Origin: Eledone cirrhosa
Lineage: Eukaryota
DNA: 64,000 bases
Reading direction: 5' to 3'
NCBI GenBank assembly: GCA_964016885.1
Contig: OZ024740.1
Location: 25,048,001-25,112,000 of the forward strand
Shown here: in pieces, positions 53,501 through 64,000 of the stretch
Position numbering within the stretch: position 1 is the stretch's first letter
Layout: the number at the start of each line of letters is the position of its first letter
Program-made: the position numbers and the translations under genes
The notes under the pieces: generated by a model
What the model saw: the letters and a program-made list of their open reading frames with translations, nothing else
The model's database searches: none
What the model was told of the DNA's origin: nothing

Positions 53501-56500
53501 AGGGTGTATGTTGTGTGTGTGTAGGGTGTATGTTGTGTGTGTAGGGTGTATGTTGAGTGTGTGTAGGGTGTATGTTGTATGTGTAGGGTGTAAGTTGTGT
53601 GTGTAGGGTGTATGTTGTGTGTGTGTTGGGTGTATGTTGTGTGTGTAGTGTGTATGTTATGTGTGTAGGGTGTATGTTGTGTGTGTAGGGTGTATGTTGA
53701 GTGTGTGTAGGGTGTATGTTGTGTGTGTAGGGTGTATGTTGTGTGTGTGTTGGGTGTATGTTGTGTATGTAGAGTATATGTTGTGTGTGTAGGGTGTATG
53801 TTGTGTGTGTGTAGGGTGTATGCTGTGTGTGTGTAGGCTGTATGTTGTGTGTGTAGGGTATATGTTGTGTGTGTGTAGGTTGTATGTTGTGTGTTTAGGG
53901 TGTATGTTGTGTGTGTGTAGGGTGTATGTTGTGTGTGTAGGGTGTATGTTGTGTGTGTGTAGGGTGCATGTTGTGTGTATGTAGGCTGTATGTTGTGAGT
54001 GTAGGGTATATGTTGTGTGTGTGTAGGTTGTATGTTGTGTGTGTAGGGTGTATGTTGTGTGTGTAGGGTGTATTTTGTGTGTGTTTACAATGTATGTTGT
54101 GTGTGTGTAGGGTATACGTTGTGTGTGTGTAGGGCGTATGTTGTGTGTGTAGGGTATATGTTGTGTGTAGGGTGTATGTTGTGTGTGTGTAGGGTGTATG
54201 TTGTGTGTGTAGGATGTATGTTGTGTGTGTGTAGGGTGTATGTTGTGTGCGTAGGGTGTATGTTGTGTGTGTGTAGGGTGTATGTTGTGTGTGTGTAGGG
54301 CGTATGTTGTGTGTGTAGGGTGTATGTTGTGTGTGTGTAGGGTGTATGTTGTGTGTGTAGGGTGTATGTTGTGTGTGTGTAGGGTGTATGTTACGTGTGT
54401 GTAGGGCGTATGTTTTGTGTGTAGGGCGTATGTTGTGTGTGTAGGGTGTATGTTGTGTGTGTGTAGGGTGTATGTTGTGTGTGTAGGGTGTATGTTGTGT
54501 GTGTGTAGGGTGTATGTTGTGTGTGTAGGGTGTATGTTGTGTGTGTGTAGGGTGCATGTTGTGTGTGTAGGGTGTATGTTGTGTGTGTGTAGGGTGTATG
54601 TTGTGTGTGTGTAGGGCGTATGTTGTGTGTGTAGGGCGTATGTTGTGTGTGTAGGGTGTATGTTGTGTGTGTGTAGGGTGTATGTTGTGTGTGTAGGGTG
54701 TATGTTGTGTGTGTGTAGGGTGTATGATGTGTGTATGTAGGGTGTATGTTGTGTGTGTGTAGGGTAAATGTTGTGTGTGTGTAGAGTGTATGTTGTGTGT
54801 GTGTAAGGTGTATGTTGCGCTTGTCGGGTGTATGTTGTGTGTGTGTACTGTGTATGTTGTGTGTGTAGGGTGTATGTCGTGTGTGTGTAGGGTGTATGTT
54901 GTGTGTGTGTAATGTATGTTGTGTGTGTAGGATATATGTTGTGTGTGGTGGGTGTATGTTGTGTGTGTGTAGGGTGTATGTTGTGTGTGTAGGGTGTATG
55001 TTGTGTGTGTAGGGTGTATGTTGTGTTTGTGTAGGGTGTATGTTGTGTGTGTGTAGGGTGTATGTTGTGTGTGTGTAGGGTATATGTTGTGTCTGTGTAG
55101 GGTGTATGTTGTGTTTGTGTAGGGTGTATGTTGTGTTTGTGTAGGGTATATGTTGTGTGGTGTAGGGTGTATATTGTGTGTGTGTAGGGTGTATGTTGTG
55201 TGTGTGTAGGGTGTATGTCGTGTGTGTGTAGGATATATGTTGTGTGTGTAGTGTGTATGTCGTGTGTGTGTAGGTTGTATGTTGTATGTATGTAGGGTGT
55301 ATGTTGTGTGTGTGTAGGGTGTATGTTGTGTGTATGTAGGCTGTATGTTGTGTGTATAGGGTTTATGTTGTGTGTGTAGGGTGTATGTTGTGTGTGTAGG
55401 ATATATGTTGTGTGTGGTGGGTGTATGTTGTGTGTGTGTAGGGTGTATGTTGTGTGTGTAGGGTGTATGTTGTGTGTGTAGGGTGTATGTTGTGTTTGTG
55501 TAGGGTGTATGTTGTGTGTGTGTAGGGTGTATGTTGTGTGTGTGTAGGGTATATGTTGTGTCTGTGTAGGGTGTATGTTGTGTTTGTGTAGGGTGTATGT
55601 TGTGTTTGTGTAGGGTATATGTTGTGTGGTGTAGGGTGTATATTGTGTGTGTGTAGGGTGTATGTTGTGTGTGTGTAGGGTGTATGTTGTGTGTGTAGGG
55701 TGTATGTTGTGTGTGTGTAGGGTGTATATTGTGTGTGTGTAGTGTGTATGTTGTGTTCGTGTAGGATATATGTTGTGTGTGTGTAGTGTGCATGTTGTGT
55801 GTGTGTGGGGTGTATGTTGTGTGTGTAGGGTGTATATTGTGTGTGTAAGGTGTATGTTGTGTTTGTGTAGGGTGTATGTTGTGTGTGTGTGGGGACATGT
55901 TGTGTGTGTAGGGCTTATGTTGTGTGTGTGTAGTGTGTATGTTGTGTTTGCATGGTGTATGTTGTGTGTGTGTAGGGTGTATGTTGTGTGTGTGTAGGGT
56001 GTATGTTGTGTGTGTAGGGTATATGCTGTGTGTGTAGGGTGTATGTTGTGTGTGTGTAGGGTGTATGTTGTGTGTGTGTAGGGTGTATGTTGTGTGTGTA
56101 GGGTGTATGTTGTGTGTGTAGGGTGCATGTTGTGTGTGTAGGGTGTGTTGTGTGTGTGTAGGCTGTATGTTGTGTGTGTAGGGTGTATGTTGTGTGTGTA
56201 GGGGATATGGTGTGTGTGTAGGGTGTAAGTTGTGCGTGTGTAGGGTGTTAGTTGTGTGTGTGTAGGGTGTATGTTGTGTGTGTAGGGTGTATGTTGTGTG
56301 TGTGTTGGGTGTATGTTGTGTGTGTGTAGGGTGGTTATTGTGTGTGTAGGGTGTATGATGTGTGTGTGTATGGTGTATGTTGTGTGTGTGTAGGGTGTAT
56401 GTTGTGTGTGTAGGGTATGTTGTGTGTGTAGGGTGTATGTTGTGTGTGTAGGGTGTATGTTGTGTGTGTGTAGGGTGTATGTTGAGTGTGTGTAGGGTGT

Positions 56501-59329
56501 ACGTTGTATGTGTAGGGTGTAAGTTGTGTGTGTAGGGTGTATGTTGTGTGTGTGTTGTGTGTATGTTGTGTGTGTAGTGTGTATGTTATGTGTGTAGGGT
56601 GTATGTTGTGTGTGTAGGGTGTATGTTGAGTGTGTGTAGGGTGTATGTTGTGTGTGTAGGGTGTATGTTGTGTGTGTGTTGGGTGTATGTTGTGTATGTA
56701 GAGTATATGTTGTGTGTGTAGGGTGTATGTTGTGTGTGTGTAGGGTGTATGTTGTGTGTGTGTAGGCTGTATGTTGTGTGTGTAGGGTATATGTTGTGTG
56801 TGTGTAGGTTGTATGTTGTGTGTTTAGGGTGTATGTTGTGTGTGTGTAGGGTGTATGTTGTGTGTGTAGGGTGTATGTTGTGTGTGTGTAGGGTGCATGT
56901 TGTGTGTGTGTAGGCTGTATGTTGTGAGTGTAGGGTATATGTTGTGTGTGTGTAGGTTGTATGTTGTGTGTGTAGGGTGTATGTTGTGTGTGTAGGGTGT
57001 ATTTTGTGTGTGTTTACAATGTATGTTGTGTGTGTGTAGGGTATACGTTGTGTGTGTGTAGGGCGTATGTTGTGTGTGTAGGGTATATGTTGTGTGTAGG
57101 GTGTATGTTGTGTGTGTGTAGGGTGTATGTTGTGTGTGTAGGATGTATGTTGTGTGTGTGTAGGGTGTATGTTGTGTGCGTAGGGTGTATGTTGTGTGTG
57201 TGTAGGGTGTATGTTGTGTGTGTGTAGGGCGTATGTTGTGTGTGTAGGGTGTATGTTGTGTGTGTGTAGGGTGTATGTTGTGTGTGTAGGGTGTATGTTG
57301 TGTGTGTGTAGGGTGTATGTTACGTGTGTGTAGGGCGTATGTTTTGTGTGTAGGGCGTATGTTGTGTGTGTAGGGTGTATGTTGTGTGTGTGTAGGGTGT
57401 ATGTTGTGTGTGTAGGGTGTATGTTGTGTGTGTGTAGGGTGTATGTTGTGTGTGTAGGGTGTATGTTGTGTGTGTGTAGGGTGCATGTTGTGTGTGTAGG
57501 GTGTATGTTGTGTGAGTGTAGGGTGTATGTTGTGTGTGTGTAGGGCGTATGTTGTGTGTGTAGGGCGTATGTTGTGTGTGTAGGGTGTATGTTGTGTGTG
57601 TGTAGGGTGTATGTTGTGTGTGTAGGGTGTGTGTTGTGTGTGTGTAGGGTGTATGATGTGTGTATGTAGGGTGTATGTTGTGTGTGTGTAGGGTAAATGT
57701 TGTGTGTGTGTAGAGTGTATGTTGTGTGTGTGTAAGGTGTATGTTGCGCTTGTCGGGTGTATGTTGTGTGTGTGTACTGTGTATGTTGTGTGTGTAGGGT
57801 GTATGTCGTGTGTGTGTAGGGTGTATGTTGTGTGTGTGTAATGTGTATGTTGTGTGTGTAGGATATATGTTGTGTGTGTAGTGTGTATGTTGTGTGTGTG
57901 TAGGTTGTATGTTGTATGTATGTAGGCTCTATGTTGTGTGTGTAGGGTTTATGTTGTGTGTGTAGGGTGTATGTTGTGTGTGTAGGATATATGTTGTGTG
58001 TGGTGGGTGTATGTTGTGTGTGTGTAGGGTGTATGTTGTGTGTGTAGGGTGTATGTTGTGTGTGTAGGGTGTATGTTGTGTTTGTGTAGGGTGTATGTTG
58101 TGTGTGTGTAGGGTGTATGTTGTGTGTGTGTAGGGTATATGTTGTGTGTGTGTAGGGTGTATGTTGTGTTTGTGTAGGGTGTATGTTGTGTTTGTGTAGG
58201 GTATATGTGGTGTGGTGTAGGGTGTATATTGTGTGTGTGTAGGGTGTATGTTGTGTGTGTGTAGGGTGTATGTTGTGTGTGTAGGGTGTATGTTGTGTGT
58301 GTGTAGGGTGTATGTTTTGTGTGTGTAGTGTGTATGTTGTGTTCGTGTAGGATATATGTTGTGTGTGTGTAGGGTGTATATTGTGTGTGTGTGGGGTGTA
58401 TGTTGTGTGTGTAGGGTGTATATTGTGTGTGTAAGGTGTATGTTGTGTTTGTGTAGGGTGTATGTTGCGTGTGTGTGGGGTGCATGTTGTGTGTGTAGGG
58501 CTTATGTTGTGTGTGTGTAGTGTGTATGTTGTGTTTGCATGGTGTATGTTGTGTGTGTGTAGGGTGTATGTTGTGTGTGTGTAGGGTGTATGTTGTGTGT
58601 GTAGGGTATATGCTGTGTGTGTAGGGTGTATGTTGTGTGTGTGTAGGGTGTATGTTGTGTGTGTGTAGGGTGTATGTTGTGTGTGTAGGGTGTATGTTGT
58701 GTGTATGTTGGGTGTATGTTGTGTGTGTAGTGTGTATGTTATGTGTGTAGGGTATATGTTGTGTGTGTATGGTGTATGTTGAGTGTGTGTAGGGTGTATG
58801 TTGTGTGTGTAGGGTGTATGTTGTGTGTGTGTTGGGTGTATGTTGTGTATGTAGAGTATATGTTGTGTGTGTAGGGTGTATGTTGTGTGTGTGTAGGGTG
58901 TATGTTGTGTGTGTGTAGGGTGTATGTTGTGTGTGTAGGGTGTATGTTGTGTGTGTGTAGGGTGTATATTGTGTGTGTGTAGTGTGTATGTTGTGTTCGT
59001 GTAGGATATATGTTGTGTGTGTGTAGGGTGCATGTTGTGTGTGTGTGGGGTGTATGTTGTGTGTGTAGGGTGTATATTGTGTGTGTAAGGTGTATGTCGT
59101 GTTTGTGTAGGGTGTATGTTGTGTGTGTGTGGGGTGCATGTTGTGTGTGTAGGGCTTATGTTGTGTGTGTGTAGTGTGTATGTTGTGTTTGCATGGTGTA
59201 TGTTGTGTGTGTGTAGGGTGTATGTTGTGTGTGTGTAGGGTGTATGTTGTGTGTGTAGGGTATATGCTGTGTGTGTAGGGTGTATGTTGTGTGTGTGTAG
59301 GGTGTATGTTGTGTGTGTGTAGGGTGTAT

Positions 59330-62300
59330 GTTGTGTGTGTAGGGTGTATGTTGTGTGTGTAGGGTGCATGTTGTGTGTGTAGGGTGTGTTGTGTGTGTGT
59401 AGGCTGTATGTTGTGTGTGTAGGGTGTATGTTGTGTGTGTAGGGGATATGGTGTGTGTGTAGGGTGTAAGTAGTGCGTGTGTAGGGTGTTAGTTGTGTGT
59501 GTGTAGGGTGTATGTTGTGTGTGTGTAGGGTGTATGTTGTGTGTGTAGGGTGTATGTTGTGTGTGTGTTGGGTGTATGTTGTGTGTGTGTAGGGTGTTTA
59601 TTGTGTGTGTAGGGTGTATGATGTGTGTGTGTATGGTGTATGTTGTGTGTGTGTAGGGAGTATGTTGTGTGTGTAGGGTGTATGTTGTGTGTGTAGGGTG
59701 TATGTTGTGTGTGTAGGGTGTATGTTGTGTGTGTGTAGGGTGTATGTTGTGTGTGTAGGGTGTATGTTGAGTGTGTGTAAGGTCTATGTTGTGTGTGTAG
59801 GGTGTAAGTTGTGTGTGTAGGGTGTATGTTGTGTGTGTGTTGGGTGTATGTTGTGTGTGTAGTGTGTATGTTATGTGTGTAGGGTGTATGTTGTGTGTGT
59901 AGGGTGTATGTTGAGTGTATGTAGGGTGTATGTTGTGTGTGTAGGGTGTATGTTGTGTGTGTGTTGGGTATATGTTGTGTATGTAGAGTATATGTTGTGT
60001 GTGTAGGGTGTATGTTGTGTGTGTGTAGGGTGTATGTTGTGTGTGTGTAGGCTGTATGTTGTGTGTGTAGGGTATATGTTGTGTGTGTGTAGGTTGTATG
60101 TTGTGTGTTTAGGGTGTATGTTGTGTGTGTGTAGGGTGTATGTTGTGTGTGTAGGGTGTATGTTGTGTGTGTGTAGGGTGCATGTTGTGTGTGTGTAGGC
60201 TGTATGTTGTGAGTGTAGGGTATATGTTGTGTGTGTGTAGGTTGTATGTTGTGTGTGTAGGGTGTATGTTGTGTGTGTAGGGTGTATTTTGTGTGTGTTT
60301 ACAGTGTATGTTGTGTGTGTGTAGGGTATATGTTGTGTGTGTGTAGGGCGTATGTTGTGTGTGTAGGGTATATGTTGTGTGTAGGGTGTATGTTGTGTGT
60401 GTGTAGGGTGTATGTTGTGTGTGTAGGATGTATGTTGTGTGTGTGTAGGGTGTATGTTGTGTGCGTAGGGTGTATGTTGTGTGTGTGTAGGGTGTATGTT
60501 GTGTGTGTGTAGGGCGTATGTTGTGTGTGAGGGTGTATGTTGTGTGTGTGTAGGGTGTATGTTGTGTGTGTAGGGTGTATGTTGTGTGTGTGTAGGGTGT
60601 ATGTTGTGTGTGTGTAGGGCGTATGTTGTGTGTGAGGGTGTATGTTGTGTGTGTGTAGGGTGTATGTTGTGTGTGTAGGTGTATGTTACGTGTGTGTAGG
60701 GCGTATGTTTTGTGTGTAGGGCGTATGTTGTGTGTGTAGTGTGTATATTGTGTGTGTGTAGGGTGTATGTTGTGTGTGTAGGGTGTATGTTGTGGGTGTG
60801 TAGGGTGTATGTTGTGTGTGTAGGGTGTATGTTGTGTGTGTGTAGGGTGCATGTTGTGTGTGTAGGGTGTATGTTGTGTGTGTGTAGGGTGTATGTTGTG
60901 TGTGTGTAGGGCGTATGTTGTGTGTGTAGGGCGTATGTTGTGTGTGTAGGGTGTATGTTGTGTGTGTGTAGGGTGTATGTTGTGTGTGTAGGGTGTATGT
61001 TGTGTGTGTGTAGGGTGTATGATGTGTGTATGTAGGGTGTATGTTGTGTGTGTGTAGGGTAAATGTTGTGTGTGTGTAGGGTGTATGTTGTGTGTGTGTA
61101 GGGTGTATGTTGCGCTTGTCGGGTGTATGTTGTGTGTGTGTACTGTGTATGTTGTGTGTGTAGGGTGTATGTCGTGTGTGTGTAGGGTGTATGTTGTGTG
61201 TGTGTAATGTGTGTGTAGGATATATGTTGTGTGTGTAGTGTGTATGTTGTGTGTGTGTAGGTTGTATGTTGTATGTATGTAGGGTGTATGTTGTGTGTGT
61301 GTAGGGTGTATGTTGTGTGTATGTAGGCTGTATGTTGTGTGTGTAGGGTTTATGTTGTGTGTGTAGGGTGTATGTTGTGTGTGTAGGATATATGTTGTGT
61401 GTGGTGGGTGTATGTTGTGTGTGTGTAGGGTGTATGTTGTGTGTGTAGGGTGTATGTTGTGTGTGTAGGGTGTATGTTGTGTTTGTGTAGGGTGTATGTT
61501 GTGTGTGTGTAGGGTGTATGTTGTGTGTGTGTAGGGTATATGTTGTGTCTGTGTAGGGTGTATGTTGTGTTTGTGTAGGGTGTATGTTGTGTTTGTGTAG
61601 GGTATATGTTGTGTGGTGTAGGGTGTATATTGTGTGTGTGTAGGGTGTATGTTGTGTGTGTAGGGTGTATGTTGTGTGTGTAGGGTGTATGTTGTGTGTG
61701 TGTAGGGTGTATATTGTGTGTGTGTAGTGTGTATGTTGTGTTCGTGTAGGATATATGTTGTGTGTGTGTAGGGTGCATGTTGTGTGTGTGTGGGGTGTAT
61801 GTTGTGTGTGTAGGGTGTATATTGTGTGTGTAAGGTGTATGTTGTGTTTGTGTAGGGTGTATGTTGTGTGTGTGTGGGGTGCATGTTGTGTGTGTAGGGC
61901 TTATGTTGTGTGTGTGTAGTGTGTATGTTGTGTTTGCATGGTGTATGATGTGTGTGTGTAGGGTGTATGTTGTGTGTGTGTAGGGTGTATGTTGTGTGTG
62001 TAGGGTATATGCTGTGTGTGTAGGGTGTATGTTGTGTGTGTGTAGGGTGTATGTTGTGTGTGTGTAGGGTGTATGGTGTGTGTGTAGGGTGTATGTTGTG
62101 TGTGTAGGGTGCATGTTGTGTGTGTAGGGTGTGTTGTGTGTGTGTAGGCTGTATGTTGTGTGTGTAGGGTGTATGTTGTGTGTGTAGGGGATATGGTGTG
62201 TGTGTAGGATGTAAGTTGTGCGTGTGTAGGGTGTTAGTTGTGTGTGTGTAGGGTGTATGTTGTGTGTGTGTAGGGTGTATGTTGTGTGTGTAGGGTGTAT

Positions 62301-64000
62301 GTTGTGTGTGTGTTGGGTGTATGTTGTGTGTGTGTAGGGTGTTTATTGTGTGTGTAGGGTGTATGATGTGTGTGTGTATGGTGTATGTTGTGTGTGTGTA
62401 GGGTGTATGTTGTGTGTGTAGGGTGTATGTTGTGTGTGTAGGGTGTATGTTGTGTGTGTAGGGTGTATGTTGTGTGTGTGTAGGGTGTATGTTGTGTGTG
62501 TAGGGTGTATGTTGAGTGTGTGTAGGGTGTATGTTGTATGTGTAGGGTGTAAGTTGTGTGTGTAGGGTGTATGTTGTGTGTGTGTTGGGTGTATGTTGTG
62601 TGTGTAGTGTGTATGTTATGTGTGTAGGGTGTATGTTGTGTGTGTAGGGTGTATGTTGAGTGTGTGTAGGGTGTATGTTGTGTGTGTAGGGTGTATGTTG
62701 TGTGTGTGTTGGGTGTATGTTGTGTATGTAGAGTATATGTTGTGTGTGTAGGGTGTATGTTGTGTGTGTGTAGGGTGTATGCTGTGTGTGTGTAGGCTGT
62801 ATGTTGTGTGTGTAGGGTATATGTTGTGTGTGTGTAGGTTGTATGTTGTGTGTTTAGGGTGTATGTTGTGTGTGTGTAGGGTGTATGTTGTGTGTGTAGG
62901 GTGTATGTTGTGTGTGTGTAGGGTGCATGTTGTGTGTATGTAGGCTGTATGTTGTGAGTGTAGGGTATATGATGTGTGTGTGTAGGTTGTATGTTGTGTG
63001 TGTAGGGTGTATGTTGTGTGTGTAGGGTGTATTTTGTGTGTGTTTACAATGTATGTTGTGTGTGTGTAGGGTATACGTTGTGTGTGTGTAGGGCGTATGT
63101 TGTGTGTGTAGGGTATATGTTGTGTGTAGGGTGAATGTTGTGTGTGTGTAGGGTGTATGTTGTGTGTGTAGGATGTATGTTGTGTGTGTGTAGGGTGTAT
63201 GTTGTGTGCGTAGGGTGTATGTTGTGTGTGTGTAGGGTGTATGTTGTGTGTGTGTAGGGCGTATGTTGTGTGTGTAGGGTGTATGTTGTGTGTGTGTAGG
63301 GTGTATGTTGTGTGTGTAGGGTGTATGTTGTGTGTGTGTAGGGTGTATGTTACGTGTGTGTAGGGCGTATGTTTTGTGTGTAGGGCGTATGTTGTGTGTG
63401 TAGGGTGTATGTTGTGTGTGTGTAGGGTGTATGTTGTGTGTGTTGGGTGTATGTTGTGTGTGTGTAGGGTGTATGTTGTGTGTGTAGGGTGTATGTTGTG
63501 TGTGTGTAGGGTGCATGTTGTGTGTGTAGGGTGTATGTTGTGTGTGTGTAGGGTGTATGTTGTGTGTGTGTAGGGCGTATGTTGTGTGTGTAGGGCGTAT
63601 GTTGTGTGTGTAGGGTGTATGTTGTGTGTGTGTAGGGTGTATGTTGTGTGTGTAGGGTGTATGTTGTGTGTGTGTAGGGTGTATGATGTGTGTATGTAGG
63701 GTGTATGTTGTGTGTGTGTAGGGTAAATGTTGTGTGTGTGTAGAGTGTATGTTGTGTGTGTGTAAGGTGTATGTTGCGCTTGTCGGGTGTATGTTGTGTG
63801 TGTGTACTGTGTATGTTGTGTGTGTAGGGTGTATGTCGTGTGTGTGTAGGGTGTATGTTGTGTGTGTGTAATGTGTATGTTGTGTGTGTAGGATATATGT
63901 TGTGTCTGTAGTGTGTATGTTGTGTGTGTGTAGGTTGTATGTTGTATGTATGTAGGCTGTATGTTGTGTGTGTAGGGTTTATTATGTTGTGTGTGTAGGG
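59330..64000 (+). repeat. Block matching ~46600-51280 (offset 12723-12725), running to the window end
   Basis: ORF pairs 47384/60109, 48625/61350, 50131/62854 and 50653/63376. Shared private variants taatgtgtgtgtaggata (~48480/~61205) and gggtttattatg (~51252/~63975). Confidence 0.9.

Larger units (their letters stand above)
1..64000 (+). repeat. GT-rich tandem satellite array, 20/22-bp monomer AGGGTGTATGTT(GT)4-5, head-to-tail, running to both window edges
   Basis: The monomer is visible on every line (e.g. agggtgtatg ttgtgtgtgt at 1361-1380). The consensus 20-mer is A2 G9 T9 C0. Rare 18-, 24- and 26-bp forms differ only in GT count. No unique sequence or inverted block seen. Confidence 0.99.
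36940..64000 (+). repeat. Variant-rich long-period HOR domain, right (units ~1.4-3.1 kb with conserved variant order)
   Basis: tttgcatgg recurs at about 38513, 40739, 42180, 44406, 46486, 49209, 52314, 52974, 55949, 58534, 59189 and 61934. gcgcttgtcggg recurs at 37744, 48387, 51053, 54817, 57746, 61112 and 63776. Confidence 0.85.

Noticed and set aside
747-63516. Long minus-strand His/Thr/Pro/Tyr-rich ORFs (up to 1495 aa) as protein-coding genes
   Set aside because: They overlap in all three frames, the 20/22-bp unit does not preserve frame, and there is no non-repetitive domain. Starts and stops coincide with single satellite variants (gtgCATg, gggTTTA).
77-63573. Short plus-strand Cys/Val-rich ORFs (metallothionein-like or membrane-peptide-like appearance)
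   Set aside because: These are translations of (GT)n. They are open only where alternating 20+22 units keep TAG out of frame.
1-64000. CRISPR array
   Set aside because: There are no unique spacers between repeats, no leader and no cas genes. Units abut directly.
1-64000. Canonical TTAGGG/TTTAGGG telomere tract
   Set aside because: TTTAGGG occurs only as isolated single-base variants (e.g. ~1605, ~22932) and never in tandem.
1-64000. Embedded transposon, inversion or unique insert
   Set aside because: No stretch departs from the monomer by more than a few bases, no C/A-rich reversed block is present, and no terminal repeats or target-site duplications were seen.
1-64000. Bisulfite-converted or purely artefactual low-complexity sequence (C-depleted strand)
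   Set aside because: Non-CpG cytosines persist at reproducible HOR positions (gtgcatg, aggctg, tttacag), and variant order is conserved across kb-scale copies, as expected of a real satellite.
1-64000. 20/22 pattern as an information-bearing code or diversity-generating cassette system
   Set aside because: The pattern is adequately explained by block duplication and slippage. There is no recombinase, reverse transcriptase or expression locus in the window.

Overview
The whole 64 kb window is one uninterrupted, single-orientation tandem satellite/minisatellite array. The monomer is AGGGTGTATGTT(GT)4 (20 bp) mixed with AGGGTGTATGTT(GT)5 (22 bp), roughly 3,000 copies. The + strand is almost purely G/T, with no C in the consensus, and each monomer junction forms a telomere-like TAGGG. 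I see no credible gene, RNA gene, transposon or CRISPR array. The long minus-strand His/Thr/Tyr/Pro ORFs are explained by a repeat strand that lacks stop codons in all three frames. The real information is in variant monomers, which act as barcodes and reveal a nested higher-order repeat (HOR) hierarchy: a variant-rich ~2.2-3.0 kb HOR; homogeneous CpG-variant domains built from 550/254/488-bp (26/12/23-monomer) modules that appear amplified from one sub-segment of the long unit; and recent block duplications at offsets of about 2080, 3310, 3978, 7244, 11215, 12725 and 16478 bp. The organism and chromosomal position cannot be determined from the sequence; eukaryotic heterochromatic or (sub)telomeric DNA is an inference. 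Offsets were read by hand from marker variants and the ORF track, so block boundaries are approximate.
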